Part shown: one piece after another, positions 1-11,487 of the stretch | How positions within the stretch are numbered: the stretch's first letter is position 1 | How the letters are laid out: the number at the start of each line of letters is the position of its first letter | Assembly (NCBI RefSeq): GCF_963506605.1 | Contig: NC_083285.1 | Span: 52,638,001 to 52,702,000 of the forward strand | Origin: Zootoca vivipara | Taxonomy: Eukaryota | DNA: 64,000 bases | Direction of reading: 5' to 3' | Notes under the pieces: generated by a model | Seen by the model: the letters and a program-made list of their open reading frames with translations, nothing else | What the model was told of the DNA's origin: nothing | The model's database searches: none | Translations under genes and position numbers: made by a program

Positions 1-589
1 GGGACTCTGCTGATTGATTGTCACTTGATGACAACAGGGAAGCAGACCTTCTTGGTGACAGCACCCAACTTATGGAATGCCCTTAAGCAGTTTGTAAGGC
101 GGAGACAGTAATCACCTTTAATTGCCTCTTAGAAACATTTATGTGTACCAAATATTTCCTAGACTGACACGTAATTTTCAGTGCTGTTCATTATATAGCT
201 TTCTTTGTGCTATATAGCTTTGTTTCCATCTCAGTTTAAAGGAAACATTATTGAAAATTGTTGCATTTTTATTGCTTTGATGCAAACTGCTTGGGTTTTT
301 ATTACACAATATATAAATTTATAAATAAGCAATGTACTTGAAGGCTTTTGTGAGCAGAGGCTGTCCTGTCCAATGGTAACAAATGTACTACATGCACACA
401 ATAAATTATAGCAACATTATCAACCGACTCATGTGCCTCCTCCCTCTCCAACCCATATTCATTTTGTGTCATGCCTGTTAAGACTGTAAAGTTTTTTTGT
501 TTTGTATACAGGGAGCCTGTTTGGATGAAAAGCGGGGTCCTGTTGATTTCAATGAGACTTAAACCCAAGTAAGTGAACACATGAATTAT

Positions 590-760
590 TTTATTATATT
601 TATATCTTACCTTCCCTCCAACAAGCTGGCAATGGCATACATCCCGCTCCCTATTTTATCCTCACAATAATCCAGTGAGGTAGGCTAAACTGAAAGATGC
701 TGACTGGTCCAAGGTCACCCAGTGAGCTTCATCCCTGAGTGGGTATTTGAACCCTGGACT
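590..760 (-). mobile_element. MIR/CORE-like tRNA SINE fragment
   Basis: ttttatcctcacaa...gtgaggtagg...ccaaggtcacccagtgagcttc...tttgaaccctgg. Related copies at ~3495, ~24780 and ~38625. Confidence 0.6.
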
Positions 761-1164
761 TAAAAAATATTTGCTGACTGCCCTTCATGAGGGAGAAAAA
801 TCAGACAAAGCTTGAATAAGAACTAATTCATGCAAAGCACAGGTAGAATTTAAAATCAGCCAAAAAAGGAGAGATTAAAAACAAATCAAAGCCCAAACAA
901 CTAATGAGTAAACTAGAACCAACAGCAATCTTCCCAAAATGGAAAATGTTAAAATGCCTGGGAGAACAGAGAGATCTCTTCCTGGTGCCAACTGTGTCTC
1001 CTTAGGAGGACATTCCAGACTCAAGCAAAAGAAGAAACTACCGTAAATGCACCTCTACTAAAGAGGGTAACAGGAGCAGAAATGTTAAGAAAATATTCCC
1101 ACCTCTTTTCCTTGAAGTTTTGGCATTTGTTCTACGATCTGAAGAGCTATAAATTCAACAGCCT

Positions 1165-1480
1165 TGTACTGTATAGGATTGTCCTGTCACAGCATGTCTA
1201 CTCAAAAGCCTGTCCCACTGAGTGTCAGGGGAGTGCGGCTGTAATCCTAACCCCACTTTCCCTAGAGTAAACCCTACTGAACTCAACAGGCCCTACTTCT
1301 GAGCAGGCATGGTTAGGACTGAGCTATTGGCGTGCACAGGATTGCAGCCTAAAGCTGCATTTACCTGAGTAAGCCTTGCTGAACTCAATGGGACCTAGTG
1401 CTAAGTAGGACCTGCACGCATACTTAGGGGAGCAAGCCCCGTTGAAATCTGGGGGGGGGTGTTACTTCAGAGTAAACCCT
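1165..1480. repeat. Cluster of degenerate palindromic repeats (GAGTAAGCCC..TTGAA.TCAATGGG.CTTACTTC type)
   Basis: Three to four diverged units in tandem. Similar single units at ~530, ~12880, ~32660 and ~63710. Confidence 0.55.
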
Positions 1481-1559
1481 GAGAGCATGAAGCTCCTTTC
1501 GCGACCTTAAATTGTACGGTATTGGTGAATCAGAATGCCTCACCACCCATCACAGCCAA

Positions 1560-2620
1560 AACCATCTACGCATGCGCGAACACGGAAGCTACCCAACGAC
1601 TTGGCCGGATTAAGTTTGAACGAGTTGACCTAGAGGGAATAAGACGCATGCGCGCTGCTTTTTTTTAAAAAAAAAATCCGCCGGTCCATTCTCGTTTCCA
1701 TGAGCGACTTGGACGCTCCTCCCTGCGCATGCTCCGCAGCCCGTCCCTTCCTTACCGCGCAGAAGGCAGAAGAGGGGAAAAAAGAGGCAGCTAAAGACAG
1801 GATTCTTCCCCCATGGCGCATGCGCGATTCCGCCGGCTTGTCACACTTTTCTTTTTTCTGTGGGGGCGGGGCAAGCAAGCGGAAGCGGTGTGGGGAGGAT
1901 GCGAAACGCGGAGGTTTTTTTTGTTATCGTTGTTTTAAAACCACACTTCATTTAAAGTATAAACGACTCGAAACGTTAAAGGCGGACGCAGAGTTTCCCC
2001 CTCTGCCGGCCTCTCCGTGAGTAAGGCGCGCCCAACGAGCGCCGTTGGCGTGGCAACGGCCGTCACCGCCGCGAGAGGCAGCGGCCCAACCGCCGCTGCC
2101 ACCAACGCCGCGCCCGCTTCCGGTCCAGCCCCGCCCATCTCCTCTTCCCCCGCCCCTCGTCGCGCGAACGCTGCCAGGCCCTCTCGCCGTGTCCCCTGTC
2201 AGGGCGGCAGCCGTTATGTCTGACAAGGAGTTCATGTGGGCCCTCAAGAACGGAGACCTGGACGAAGTGAAGGACTACGTGGCCAAGGTAAGGCCGCCGA
2301 GGGTACGGGAGGAGGGAGGGCGGGCGGGAGAGCCTGGGCGCCGCTTCCTGGCCTTGAGGCGGGGCTCCCCCTTCTTTCCCCCAGGACCCGCCGTCATGTG
2401 CTTCGCAAAACGAAAGGTGCCGGGGCTCAAGCCCGAGCTCCTCCCCTGCTACTCTCTGGAGGCCGTGTGTGTGTGTGTGTGTCGGTGTCGCAACCCACAC
2501 ATGCTCAGAGGTGCTCTTGCTTTGCTCCAGGGCACCGGAAATGATTTGGGTGGTGGGTGATCCCCTCCCCGCCCGCCCCTCTTCGTTTGGGTTGTGGAGC
2601 TGCATCCTTCCTGACGCCGC
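1560..2620 (+). promoter_or_regulatory. CpG-island promoter of MTPN with NRF1-, ETS/GABP- and GC-box-like motifs
   Basis: Sharp rise in GC and CpG around exon 1. GCGCATGCGC-like motifs at 1569, 1645, 1724 and 1816, CGGAAG at ~1583 and ~1880, GGGGCGGGG at ~1863. Confidence 0.85.
2216..2287 (+). CDS. MTPN: Myotrophin (V-1) coding exon 1
   Basis: ATG at 2216 encodes [24 protein letters not shown], the known myotrophin N-terminus. Donor AAG|GTAAGG at 2288. Confidence 0.98.
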
Positions 2621-3494
2621 GGTGGAAGCTGAAGGGAAGGCTTTGCCTCTTCCTCCTGCTAGAGGCCTAGTCCCCGCCCACCCTTATGCTTGAGCTTGCT
2701 TGTGGGGAGCGTGCCATCGTCCCTCGTCAGTTTTATAGTGGTTCAAGCATCCTCCCTCTTTCCCCAGATCGCTGTTTCTGAACCTCCCCCCCCCCCGCCC
2801 CAATGGGTTAGAGGGCAGAATTGCCCCACTCCAAAATTATATTGGGTGAATTGTATGCTACAAACGTAAAACCACACCCTTTCTTTCTCCAGTGTGTGGT
2901 CCTTACCTGCTATATCTGTGCTTGATTTTTTTATAGCATGGAACAGAATATAATCACGGCATCAATAAGAGTGTGAAGGAAATGAGATAGGTGTCCCAAC
3001 TTCCTGCTGGGTTTTTAATTGAGCAAATGGTGATGAAATAAAATAGCAATGAAAACATTGAATGGAAGACCTTAGTACCCACTAGGTTCTTATTGAGCCA
3101 AAGGTGATAAAATAAACTAGCATTGGAAAAACTAAGTGGGGAGGATTAAGACTTTAGTAGTCCGGTTGAGAGTGTATAACTAGTTAAGTTGTGTTAAGAA
3201 CCAATTAATCCATCTCATAAGAACTGGAGAAGCATGCATGATGGTGAGATGCACCTTTTGCCATTCAGTTATATATTCTCTCTTATTCAAACATTCATTA
3301 AAAACTGGGCATAACAGCCTCTTGTGCTGTTCTGTGCAAGGGTGGAAGTGAAAGCTTGTCAGCAAAAATATTTCATTGTCTACTTTCATGTTTCTGGTGT
3401 TCAAATAAACAAATACAGTAGCTGATCTGCAGAGCCTTCTGCCTCCAGGGCTAGTGGTATAACTGAGATCAGAAATAGGGTAGGCAGATTTATA

Positions 3495-3690
3495 AGAGAG
3501 CCAGTTTTGTTTAGTGGTTGGTGTTAAACCAGTGCCTGAGAGACCAGGGTTCAAATCATTGCTCAGCCATGAAACTGAGTTACGCTGGTCAGTCGCAGTC
3601 TCTTAGCCTAGCCTGCCTCACAGGGTTCTTGTGAGGATAAAATGGAGGTAAAGAGAACCATGTACAGTACACCAAATTGAGCTTTCAACT
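3495..3690 (+). mobile_element. MIR/CORE-like tRNA SINE
   Basis: A-box-like gtttagtggtt, B-box gggttcaaatc, then agcctagcctgcctcacagggtt..gtgaggataaaatgg. Confidence 0.6.
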
Positions 3691-3883
3691 ACCAAAGCCT
3701 GGCTGTAAAATTGGGTGTCCTTGGATAAGGTGCAGTTTCCTGGAAATGGAAGACGGAAGTTTTGGTAGAAGTTGGGTCCAAAAATGATGTTAGGGCAATA
3801 GTTCTAGGTGTTAGGGGAAATTTCACATTTAATCGTGTAGAAAGAAGTGAGGACACTGAAGCCCCCTGTGGCTCTTGTGTTCA

Positions 3884-4205
3884 TAATAATAATAATAATA
3901 ATAATAAGTAATTTATTATTTGTACCCCGCCCATCTGGCTGGGTTTCCCCAGCCACACTGGGCGGCTTCCAACAAAAAATTAAAATACATTAAAATGTCA
4001 CACGTTAAAAACTTCCCTGAACAGGGCTGCCTTCAAATGTCTTCTAAATGTCAGGTAGTTATTTATCTCTTTGACATCTGATGGGAGGGCGTTTCACAGG
4101 GCGGGTGCAACTACCGAGAAGGCCCTCTGCCTGGTTCCCTGTAACTTTGCTTCTCGCAGTGAGGGAACCGCCAGAAGGCCCTCGGCGCTAGACCTCAGTG
4201 TCAGG
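3884..4205 (-). mobile_element. L2-type LINE 3' end with (TTA)n tail
   Basis: (TAA)n followed by cccgcccatctggctgggtttccccagcc. Nearly identical to the 28369-28755 copy, whose minus strand encodes an RT C-terminal APALWNxLP motif. Confidence 0.75.
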
Positions 4206-5159
4206 CTACTTATCAGACCTCTTTTGAGGAGGAGAGAAGCTGCAGGCAGGAAAGTTCTGCCCTCCTCATCAGTGTTCCCCTTTTGCTTTTAAATTAGACT
4301 TGCCCAACTCATTCGCTAAGTAATTGGGTAGTTTAGCTGGGTAGACCTTTGGTCTGATTAGTGTTGTTGTTTTATATACTATAGAAGTAGGCTATTCTAC
4401 TTCACAAAAGTCTATAGAATGAAGGGATGTAGGTTCCATAAAACCTGAACGTCAGGGAAGAGGGAAAGTAAGTGTATCTACAACAAAATCACTTCACCCA
4501 GCTTGTAGCTATAGATTTGTTTAGGCTCTGGCAAACAATTTTGGACAAGGTGCCTGCTGTAGACTGATACCTGTACCTGTACTGAAGAATACTTGGTGAA
4601 GAATTTATGCAACCTATGTAGGACATTTGTAAATGGTGTACAAATTCCAGGATAGACATACATCACTTTAAAATTTAGATTTGACCTTATTGTGTTAGGG
4701 TTTGGTGGTGGTCATGTTAATCAATTTATATATTAATAACACCTCTATTTTTTTAAGGTGCCCTGGGTACTTAATGTAGAAAAGCAGGAATTAAATACTA
4801 AATAGCAATAGCAATAGCTACAACTGTGGGGTTCATTCCAGCTTGAAATAGCATGCAAACAGGGAGTTAAGAGAGATGCACTCATCTACTTTTCCATCCT
4901 ACTCCTTTAGGCTAATAAAAGAAAGAAAGCTGCCTTCCCTAGGGTACAATTAGTAATATGGAATATGTCTTTGTCTGATCCTTTGATGTATATTATGTAT
5001 GGTACAACAGGACATTATAGCGGTGATCATATTTGTGTGAAGTAGTCATAAACATATGTTCAGCCTCTTCTATTGAGTTCTGAAGGTATGAATCTGCTGG
5101 TTCTAGGTTCCATTTTTTGCATTTGAATTGCATAGGTGTCTACTTAGCACATTACTTAA

Positions 5160-5890
5160 CATAAGGAAGAACTTTCTGACTTAAGAGCTGTTTGACAGTG
5201 GAACAGACTGCCTCGGGAGGTTTTTAAACAGAGGTTGGATGGCCATCTGTCTTGGATGCTTTAGTTGAAATTCCTTTGGGGTCCCTTCCAACTCTGTGAT
5301 TATATGATAAACCTATGTGACAAGAGAAGCTTATCAGCTGGCCATGCATGTACAATTGACTGCAGTTAGGCACAAATACTTTAAAACTGTGAATGGGCTT
5401 ATAATGGGGTTTGATTTGACAGGTCTTGATTCATAATAAATTAATCAATAATCAGACTTCATCTTGAGTACTGTTTCAAATTCCTGGGTCCTACACTATA
5501 AGAAGAATGTGAACAAGTTCGAGCAAGTTTCAGAGGAGAGCAACAAAGATGGCCATTGGTATGAAAAACAAGTCCTGTGAAGAAAGGTTGAAGGAACCAG
5601 GTTTGTTGAACCTGGAGAGGAGCAGTTTAAGAAGGGTCTTAATAGCACTTTTCAAATATTTGGAACACTGTATAGAAAGGGGCAAAGTCTTGTTCTCTGT
5701 TGCCTGGAGGCAGTAATGAGAGTAATAGTATGACAATGGAGCCAATTACCTAGGGTTTTGATGAGCCCCTCCCTGGAATTCTTCAAGCATGGGATGGATA
5801 GCCATCTGTTAGGAATGCTCTAGCATCTGGATTCACTGCAACAAATGGGGTAGGTCTAGAGCACAACTTGGGTCAAGTAGGATTCTACGA
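5160..5890 (+). mobile_element. CR1 LINE 3' fragments (two degraded pieces)
   Basis: aggaagaactttctgac..agagctgtttgacagtggaacagactgcct..cagaggttggatggccatctg..gtcccttccaactct, plus a second piece with a CR1 RT-tail remnant. Confidence 0.7.
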
Positions 5891-6249
5891 AAACCTATTG
5901 GCTGAACTCAATTTTCTCAGTATGAAAGTCTCATCAGCTCTAATTGAGTCATGAGTATATTCAACTAGCCCGATAAATACTACTGTCCCTCTGTGTCTTG
6001 TAGTCCATGCATTTCTGATGCTATCTGCTGTACTCAAAGATGTGTTGGACTGCACTACAGTAAATCCTTTCTGTTTCTGCTTGATCTGTGTCAGCTCCTG
6101 ATAACAGCCTCTGCTGGTTTCATGTTGAAATTTTTCTAGTGCTCACTTTAAACTTTTTTCTTTCAACTGTCCTTTTTTCCTCCACCCCAAACATTATTTC
6201 CAGACCTCCTGTTTAGAGACTTTGGTTAGACCAGTGATAGGATTTGATG

Positions 6250-6340
6250 GATTTCTGTATTTTAGAATTTCTGTTTTTTTTTGGAAGCCGCCCAGAGTGG
6301 CTGGGGGAACCCGGCCAGATGGGCGGGGTATAAATAATAA

Positions 6341-6372
<32 letters not shown>
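6250..6372 (+). mobile_element. L2-type LINE extreme 3' end with (TTA)n tail
   Basis: ggaagccgcccagagtggctggggg..ccagatgggcggggtataaataataaa(tta)n, the reverse complement of the start of the 3884 copy. Confidence 0.7.
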
Positions 6373-6374
<2 letters not shown>

Positions 6375-6570
6375 GGAAACCTGTGGTCCTTCAGGTGTTG
6401 GACTACAACTCCATTCATCCTTGACCATTGGCTATGCCGGCTGGGACAGATGGGACTAGATGTTCAACAATATGTAGAAGGCCACATTTTATATTATGTT
6501 TTTTAAACAATATTTATATGCTGCTTGATTGTAGCAAAGCCTAAGCAGTTTATAAGAAATATTACCATTA

Positions 6571-6723
6571 CAGTCGTACCTCGGGTTACGAACTGCGCAA
6601 ACCCGGAAGTATTTTTGCGCATGCGCAGAAGCGGCACGCGCAATTTGCGCATGCGCAAAATGGCAGTTCGGGTTACAAACTGCGACCCGGAACGGATCGC
6701 GTTCATAACCCGAGGTACCACTG
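6571..6723. mobile_element. Tc1/mariner (Tigger-like) MITE
   Basis: TA|CAGTCGTACCTCGGGTTACGAAC ... GTTCATAACCCGAGGTACCACTG|TA. TIRs plus TA target duplication. Confidence 0.9.
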
Positions 6724-9399
6724 TATAAATAAAACAGTTAAAATAGGTAATTAAAACATTTGTTTAAAAAGCAATTACAATCAGCAGTAAACACATTAAC
6801 ATCTACTTGTCTGAATAGCTTCCCTGAACAAAAATATTTTAAGCAGGTGCCAAAAAGAATATAGTGAAAGAGTGTGATGTCAATTCAATAGACGGGGAGA
6901 CTTTTGTGCTTGCCTGCTCATATAGCACATCAGCTTCCTGATTTTCTGGCAGGTTTGACAAAGTGATTAAGGGTTAGAGAATCTGAAGCAAAAGAACTGA
7001 AAAACTTTAATTAAAGCCAAGGGCCAATTCAAACAACTCTTCTTCCTTCTATTGGGCCTGTACTTGTGTTGGATGAATGTACCTGTTTGCTGTGAACATT
7101 TCAGTATCAAAATGATTATATCGTGGTTCTAAGACTCTTGTAATCTGACATATACAGATGAGCGCACTGACATATAGAAAGGCTCAGCCATGTCCCCAGC
7201 TATTCCTGGATGAGATGTTCTTGCTTCCACAACTAAGGAGGCCTGGTTCAGAGTTCACATTTCCTCATTTGCTGCCTCTCTTCTTTAAAAAGCTAGACGG
7301 GGCAGTATACACAACACTTAATCAGTTCTCCTTTGTTTACCACTCACCACAGGAATGTAGCAAATTTCATGTCCTAGATCTTAAATTTGCCTTAAATCAG
7401 ATAATTTGCCAGTTTCATCAAGGTAACCACAATTCTTGGGTTGAGTTCTATTAACTCCCCCCTGTGCATTTAATTTTAAACATCACAACATTCCTCGAGT
7501 CTTTCGAAGCTTTGAAAAGACTCAAATCTATGTCTTTTCTTTCTCTGGGAAAATTTATGCTTCTCACCTGATAATTTAGTTGCTCTTTTCTCTACTGTCT
7601 GTGGTTCCTTTTCTTTGACGTAAAGAAACTGAAGCAAATAGGTGTTCTAAAAATCAGCCTGCTGTAGATCAGAGTGGGCAATCTTTCCTTCTTTCTTTTT
7701 CTGCTGAGGCCTGCATTCTTTCAGGAGTATCGTCTTGGGCACATGCCAATTGTGAGAAGGGCTGACTTGAAGGATTGGACTGGGACAGAGCCAAAAGAAG
7801 GACCCCCCTTTCTTTTTCTCTCTCCCCTCCTGCTTTCTACCCAGCAGGAACAGATCACTTGCAGAGGACTTTTGAAATTTGTCTTGAGTTTTGTGTGTGA
7901 TATGAGGACTGTAGGTTTAGATTTATATTTTATAGGGGCTTGTTACTTTGTGTCTTCTCAGTTCCTTTCCGAATAATGTTGGTCTTAAGAAAGCCAAGTT
8001 GCTGACTTCTGAGAGCTTGCTGCTTTCATCTTCAAGATCTTTTTCCTAAGTAATTGCAGCCAACCCAGAACCTTTTACTCTGTGTGAGAATTATTCCACT
8101 ATCTGATGGTTTACATTCACCGTGAAGAAATATAAGACTTCTGGGATACGTTTTCAGTCTTGAGACACTTCAAAAACTTTAATTGGAATCTAGACTTTCA
8201 TTTTTACTTCTTCTTGAAGGGATATACTATAAGAATCCTTTTCTTAGAATGAATATTGTTATGGGTTTTTTAAAAAATAGGTTTTCTTATACTGACACAT
8301 ATTTCCCTTAGGTTATACATTACATGTATGAATAGAGGAGGTAATATTGACCTGAAAAGAGCCTTTAAGTGCTTATTAGTTCGAAGCTGAGAAGAAGGTA
8401 CATGAAGTGGATTTTTATATTGCTGTTCAGGATAGGAGTTGGTATTATCAGAACAAGAGGTGCATTCAGTGGTCTCAAGTGATTAGGGCATTAATGCTGA
8501 TGAGCATTCTGTAACAGTTTGACTGAATTCAGTATTCAGAGAAATAATCTTTTAGTGTAACAAAAGGGAAATGCAAAAGACAGGCAAAAGCAAAGATAGT
8601 TGGCTTGGCTTAATAATCAAAAGGAAAAGCAATGAACATTTTAAATTATAAACTTCGAGTTGCACAATTAAAAGTTTTATCACTAAATTTATTCATTGTG
8701 CTTTTTAAATGTTCTGATGTCATGGTGCATCAAATGAGTAAAGACAATAAGAATTTAATTCAGTCTTATAATTTGAGATGCAAATGAATGGAGGAATTTA
8801 AATGATTAGACTTTATCAAGAGTCTTATTCAGAGCTGGAAGCACAGTATCTATATGGTCTGGAAGCCTTTGAGTTCTAATAAATGAAAGGTACATTCAGC
8901 AATTCTGAAATTCTGAACCATAAAAGAAAAGTTGCTACTGTTGTTGTGCCAGAAGTATGCCAAAAAGTATATTGTGGCAGAGTGAATTGCTACATTCTTG
9001 GAAACTTCTAATTAATTGAGTTAAGGAATTTATTGGGTCATTGAACTTGGGACATGATACAATCTTTTAAGAAGTTTATGGTGTGTGGATCCTTCAGAAT
9101 TTTCATACAGTGCTTGCTTTAAGTACTCTATATAATACTTGAATGTATATCAGACAAAATACATGGACAGTATACAGAATTTGGTAGTAGCTTTTAATCT
9201 AATCAAGAAAAACAATAAATTTTGTGAAGATTATGTCTGTTAATAGTTGTGTAGAACCTCTAGGTTCAGAATCACTATACCAGGGAATACCAGTTGCCTT
9301 TATGGACTTCTAGGTTGCTTCACAAAGCATCTTGTGGCCTATGGAGGAAACATAATGTAGGACTTGATGGACCTTTAACCCAGCAGTCATAGTCTTATG

Positions 9400-9862
9400 C
9401 AGGCATCGGCAATGTTTTCTGGCTGTGGGCCGGATCATCGCCACTGACGCTGGTCCGTGGGCCGGACACACTCTGGACTTGCGCAGAAGCTATTTCTGGT
9501 GCTGCGCTGCCCATGTCCAGAGCGCCGGAAATTGCATCTGCGCATGCTCAGGAAGGCGCGGAAGCAATTTCCAGCTTCTGGACATGGGCAGCGTGGCACC
9601 GGAAATCGCTTCTGCGCATGCCTGGACATGCACAGAAGTGATTTCCGACGTCTGGGCATGCCCAGACGCTGTTACTGGCATCTGCGCGTGGGCAGATGCC
9701 ATTTTTGGCACCACTCAGCAAGTCCCCGCGCCACGCTCTGCCAGTTTAGCGCGGTGCAGGGACTTGCTGATCAGGTGGCTCGGTGACCGGGCGGCTCATG
9801 GGCCAGATAAATGGCCTCTGTGGGCCGCATCCAGCCCATGGGCCGGAGGTTGCCGATACCTG
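9400..9862. mobile_element. hAT (Charlie-like) non-autonomous DNA transposon
   Basis: TIRs CAGGCATCGGCAA / TTGCCGATACCTG. 8-bp TSD GTCTTATG at 9392-9399 and 9863-9870. Confidence 0.9.
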
Positions 9863-10815
9863 GTCTTATGTTTACAAATCAGCTTCAACTAAAACACATT
9901 TCACATTATTTAGCATTTAGCAAATTATTTCAAAGTATTTAGCAAATTGTTTCCCTTCATATAGCAATGGTTATTGTTACCATTCCAAGCATATCTGTGA
10001 GTAGTCAATGTATAATTATGAAAACTAGAAGGAGAGCTAAAAATGCATGATGCTCATTTGAACTAACTGCCACTGGATCATGGGTAGCCAATATGATGGT
10101 GGTGCTCAGGCGTTTGATCACAACTCCCATCCTTGACCAGTGGCTATGCAGTCTTGGGATGATGAGAGTTGGAGTTCAACAGCTCCTGGTGAATACCACA
10201 TTGGCAGCTACTGCTGCACTAAACATCTGTGAGCTGTTTTTAAATTGTTTCTCCCCCCTCCCCCCTCTACATGGTTTTATTTCCTTAATTGCATAATGCT
10301 TGTGGTTTTTGGCTAGCACCATTTAGGCGAATCTTGGAGATCTTTTGCACCGTGAAGAGAATTACTGTTAGCTAATAATGATAATAATAATAATTTTTTT
10401 ATTTCTACCCCGCCCATCTGGCTGAGTTTCCCCAGCCACTCTGGGCAGCTCCCAATCGAGTGTTAAAAACAATACAACATTGAAGCTTCTTAACTGTTTT
10501 GTTTTGGGGGAGAGATATAGTTAAAGAAGATACTGTTAAGATACTTCAGAAATTTGTAAGCAACTGAGAGGTCATGCTTCCAAAACAACTACTTCTTAAA
10601 TAACTTCTAATAGTATTCACTGCTACGTTAATACCAGCTGCTGTACATTTATTAGTCCTAATAATGGTGAACTTTCGAGCTATGAACAGATCAAAAGTGA
10701 AAGGAGGTATAGAGGGATTATTGGAATAGGAAAAACAAATTGGTTTGCAACATGCACTATGGATATAAATTTTGACACTCCTGGTTCTTGAAATGAGGCA
10801 TTGCTTTGCTGATTA

Positions 10816-11176
10816 GGTAAAGGTAAAGGGGTAAAGGGACCCCTGACCATTAGGTCCAGTCGTGACCGACTCTGGGGTTGCGCGCTCATCTCGCATTATT
10901 GGCCAAGGGAGCCGGCGTATAGCTTCCAGGTCATGTGGCCAGCATGACAAAGCCGCTTCTGGCAAACCAGAGCAGCACATGGAAACGCCGTTTACCTTCC
11001 CGCTGTAGTGGTTCCTATTTATCTACTTGCATTTTGACGTGCTTTCGAACTGCTAGGTTGGCAGGAGCTGGGACCAAGCAACGGGAGCTCACCCCGTCAC
11101 AGGGATTCGAACCGCCGACCTTCTGATCAGCAAGCCCTAGGCTCAGTGGTTTAACCACAGCGCCACCTGGGTCCCT
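10816..11176 (-). mobile_element. Full-length Sauria SINE
   Basis: Minus strand has a tRNA head (A box TGGCGCTGTGG, B box GGTTCGAATCC) and an (ACCTTT)n tail. Flanked by a 41-bp direct repeat. Confidence 0.92.
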
Positions 11177-11373
11177 ACACTCCTGGTTCTTGAAATGAGG
11201 CATTGCTTTGCAGATTACCTTCCCCATATTGCTGTAATGTCTTGAGCAAGAGTTTTGAGCAAGAGTTTTAAGCAAGTGTTGTCTGCTATGTTTGAGTAAT
11301 GACCATAGTTAGATCTCAGAGCTAAATTTGACGTAGAATGCTATAAAATTATTAACCTTTTTTAATTCTGAAG

Positions 11374-11487
11374 GGTGAAGATGTTAATCGGACACTGGAA
11401 GGTGGGAGGAAACCTCTTCACTATGCTGCAGACTGTGGACAGCTTGAGATCCTGGAGTTCCTTCTACTAAAAGGAGCTGATATGAAT
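11374..11487 (+). CDS. MTPN: Myotrophin coding exon 2 (ankyrin repeat)
   Basis: Acceptor ttttttaattctgaag|. Encodes [38 protein letters not shown]. Donor |GTATGT, phase 0. Confidence 0.98.

Noticed and set aside
2045-2560. 171-aa ORF with a Pro-rich N-terminal extension and a C-terminal tail around MTPN exon 1
   Set aside because: The GTG start lies in GC-rich promoter/5' UTR DNA where stops are rare, and the tail reads through a canonical donor into intron 1. Only 2216-2287 matches myotrophin.
1630-2693. Many overlapping ORFs in the CpG island
   Set aside because: Expected from high GC content. No recognisable protein.
9425-9892. 155-aa ORF and overlapping ORFs
   Set aside because: They lie in a GC-rich non-autonomous hAT element and show no transposase motifs.
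11100-11176. tRNA-like A/B boxes here and at ~41400, ~42370, ~47100 and ~56650
   Set aside because: These are SINE heads and do not form complete cloverleaves.
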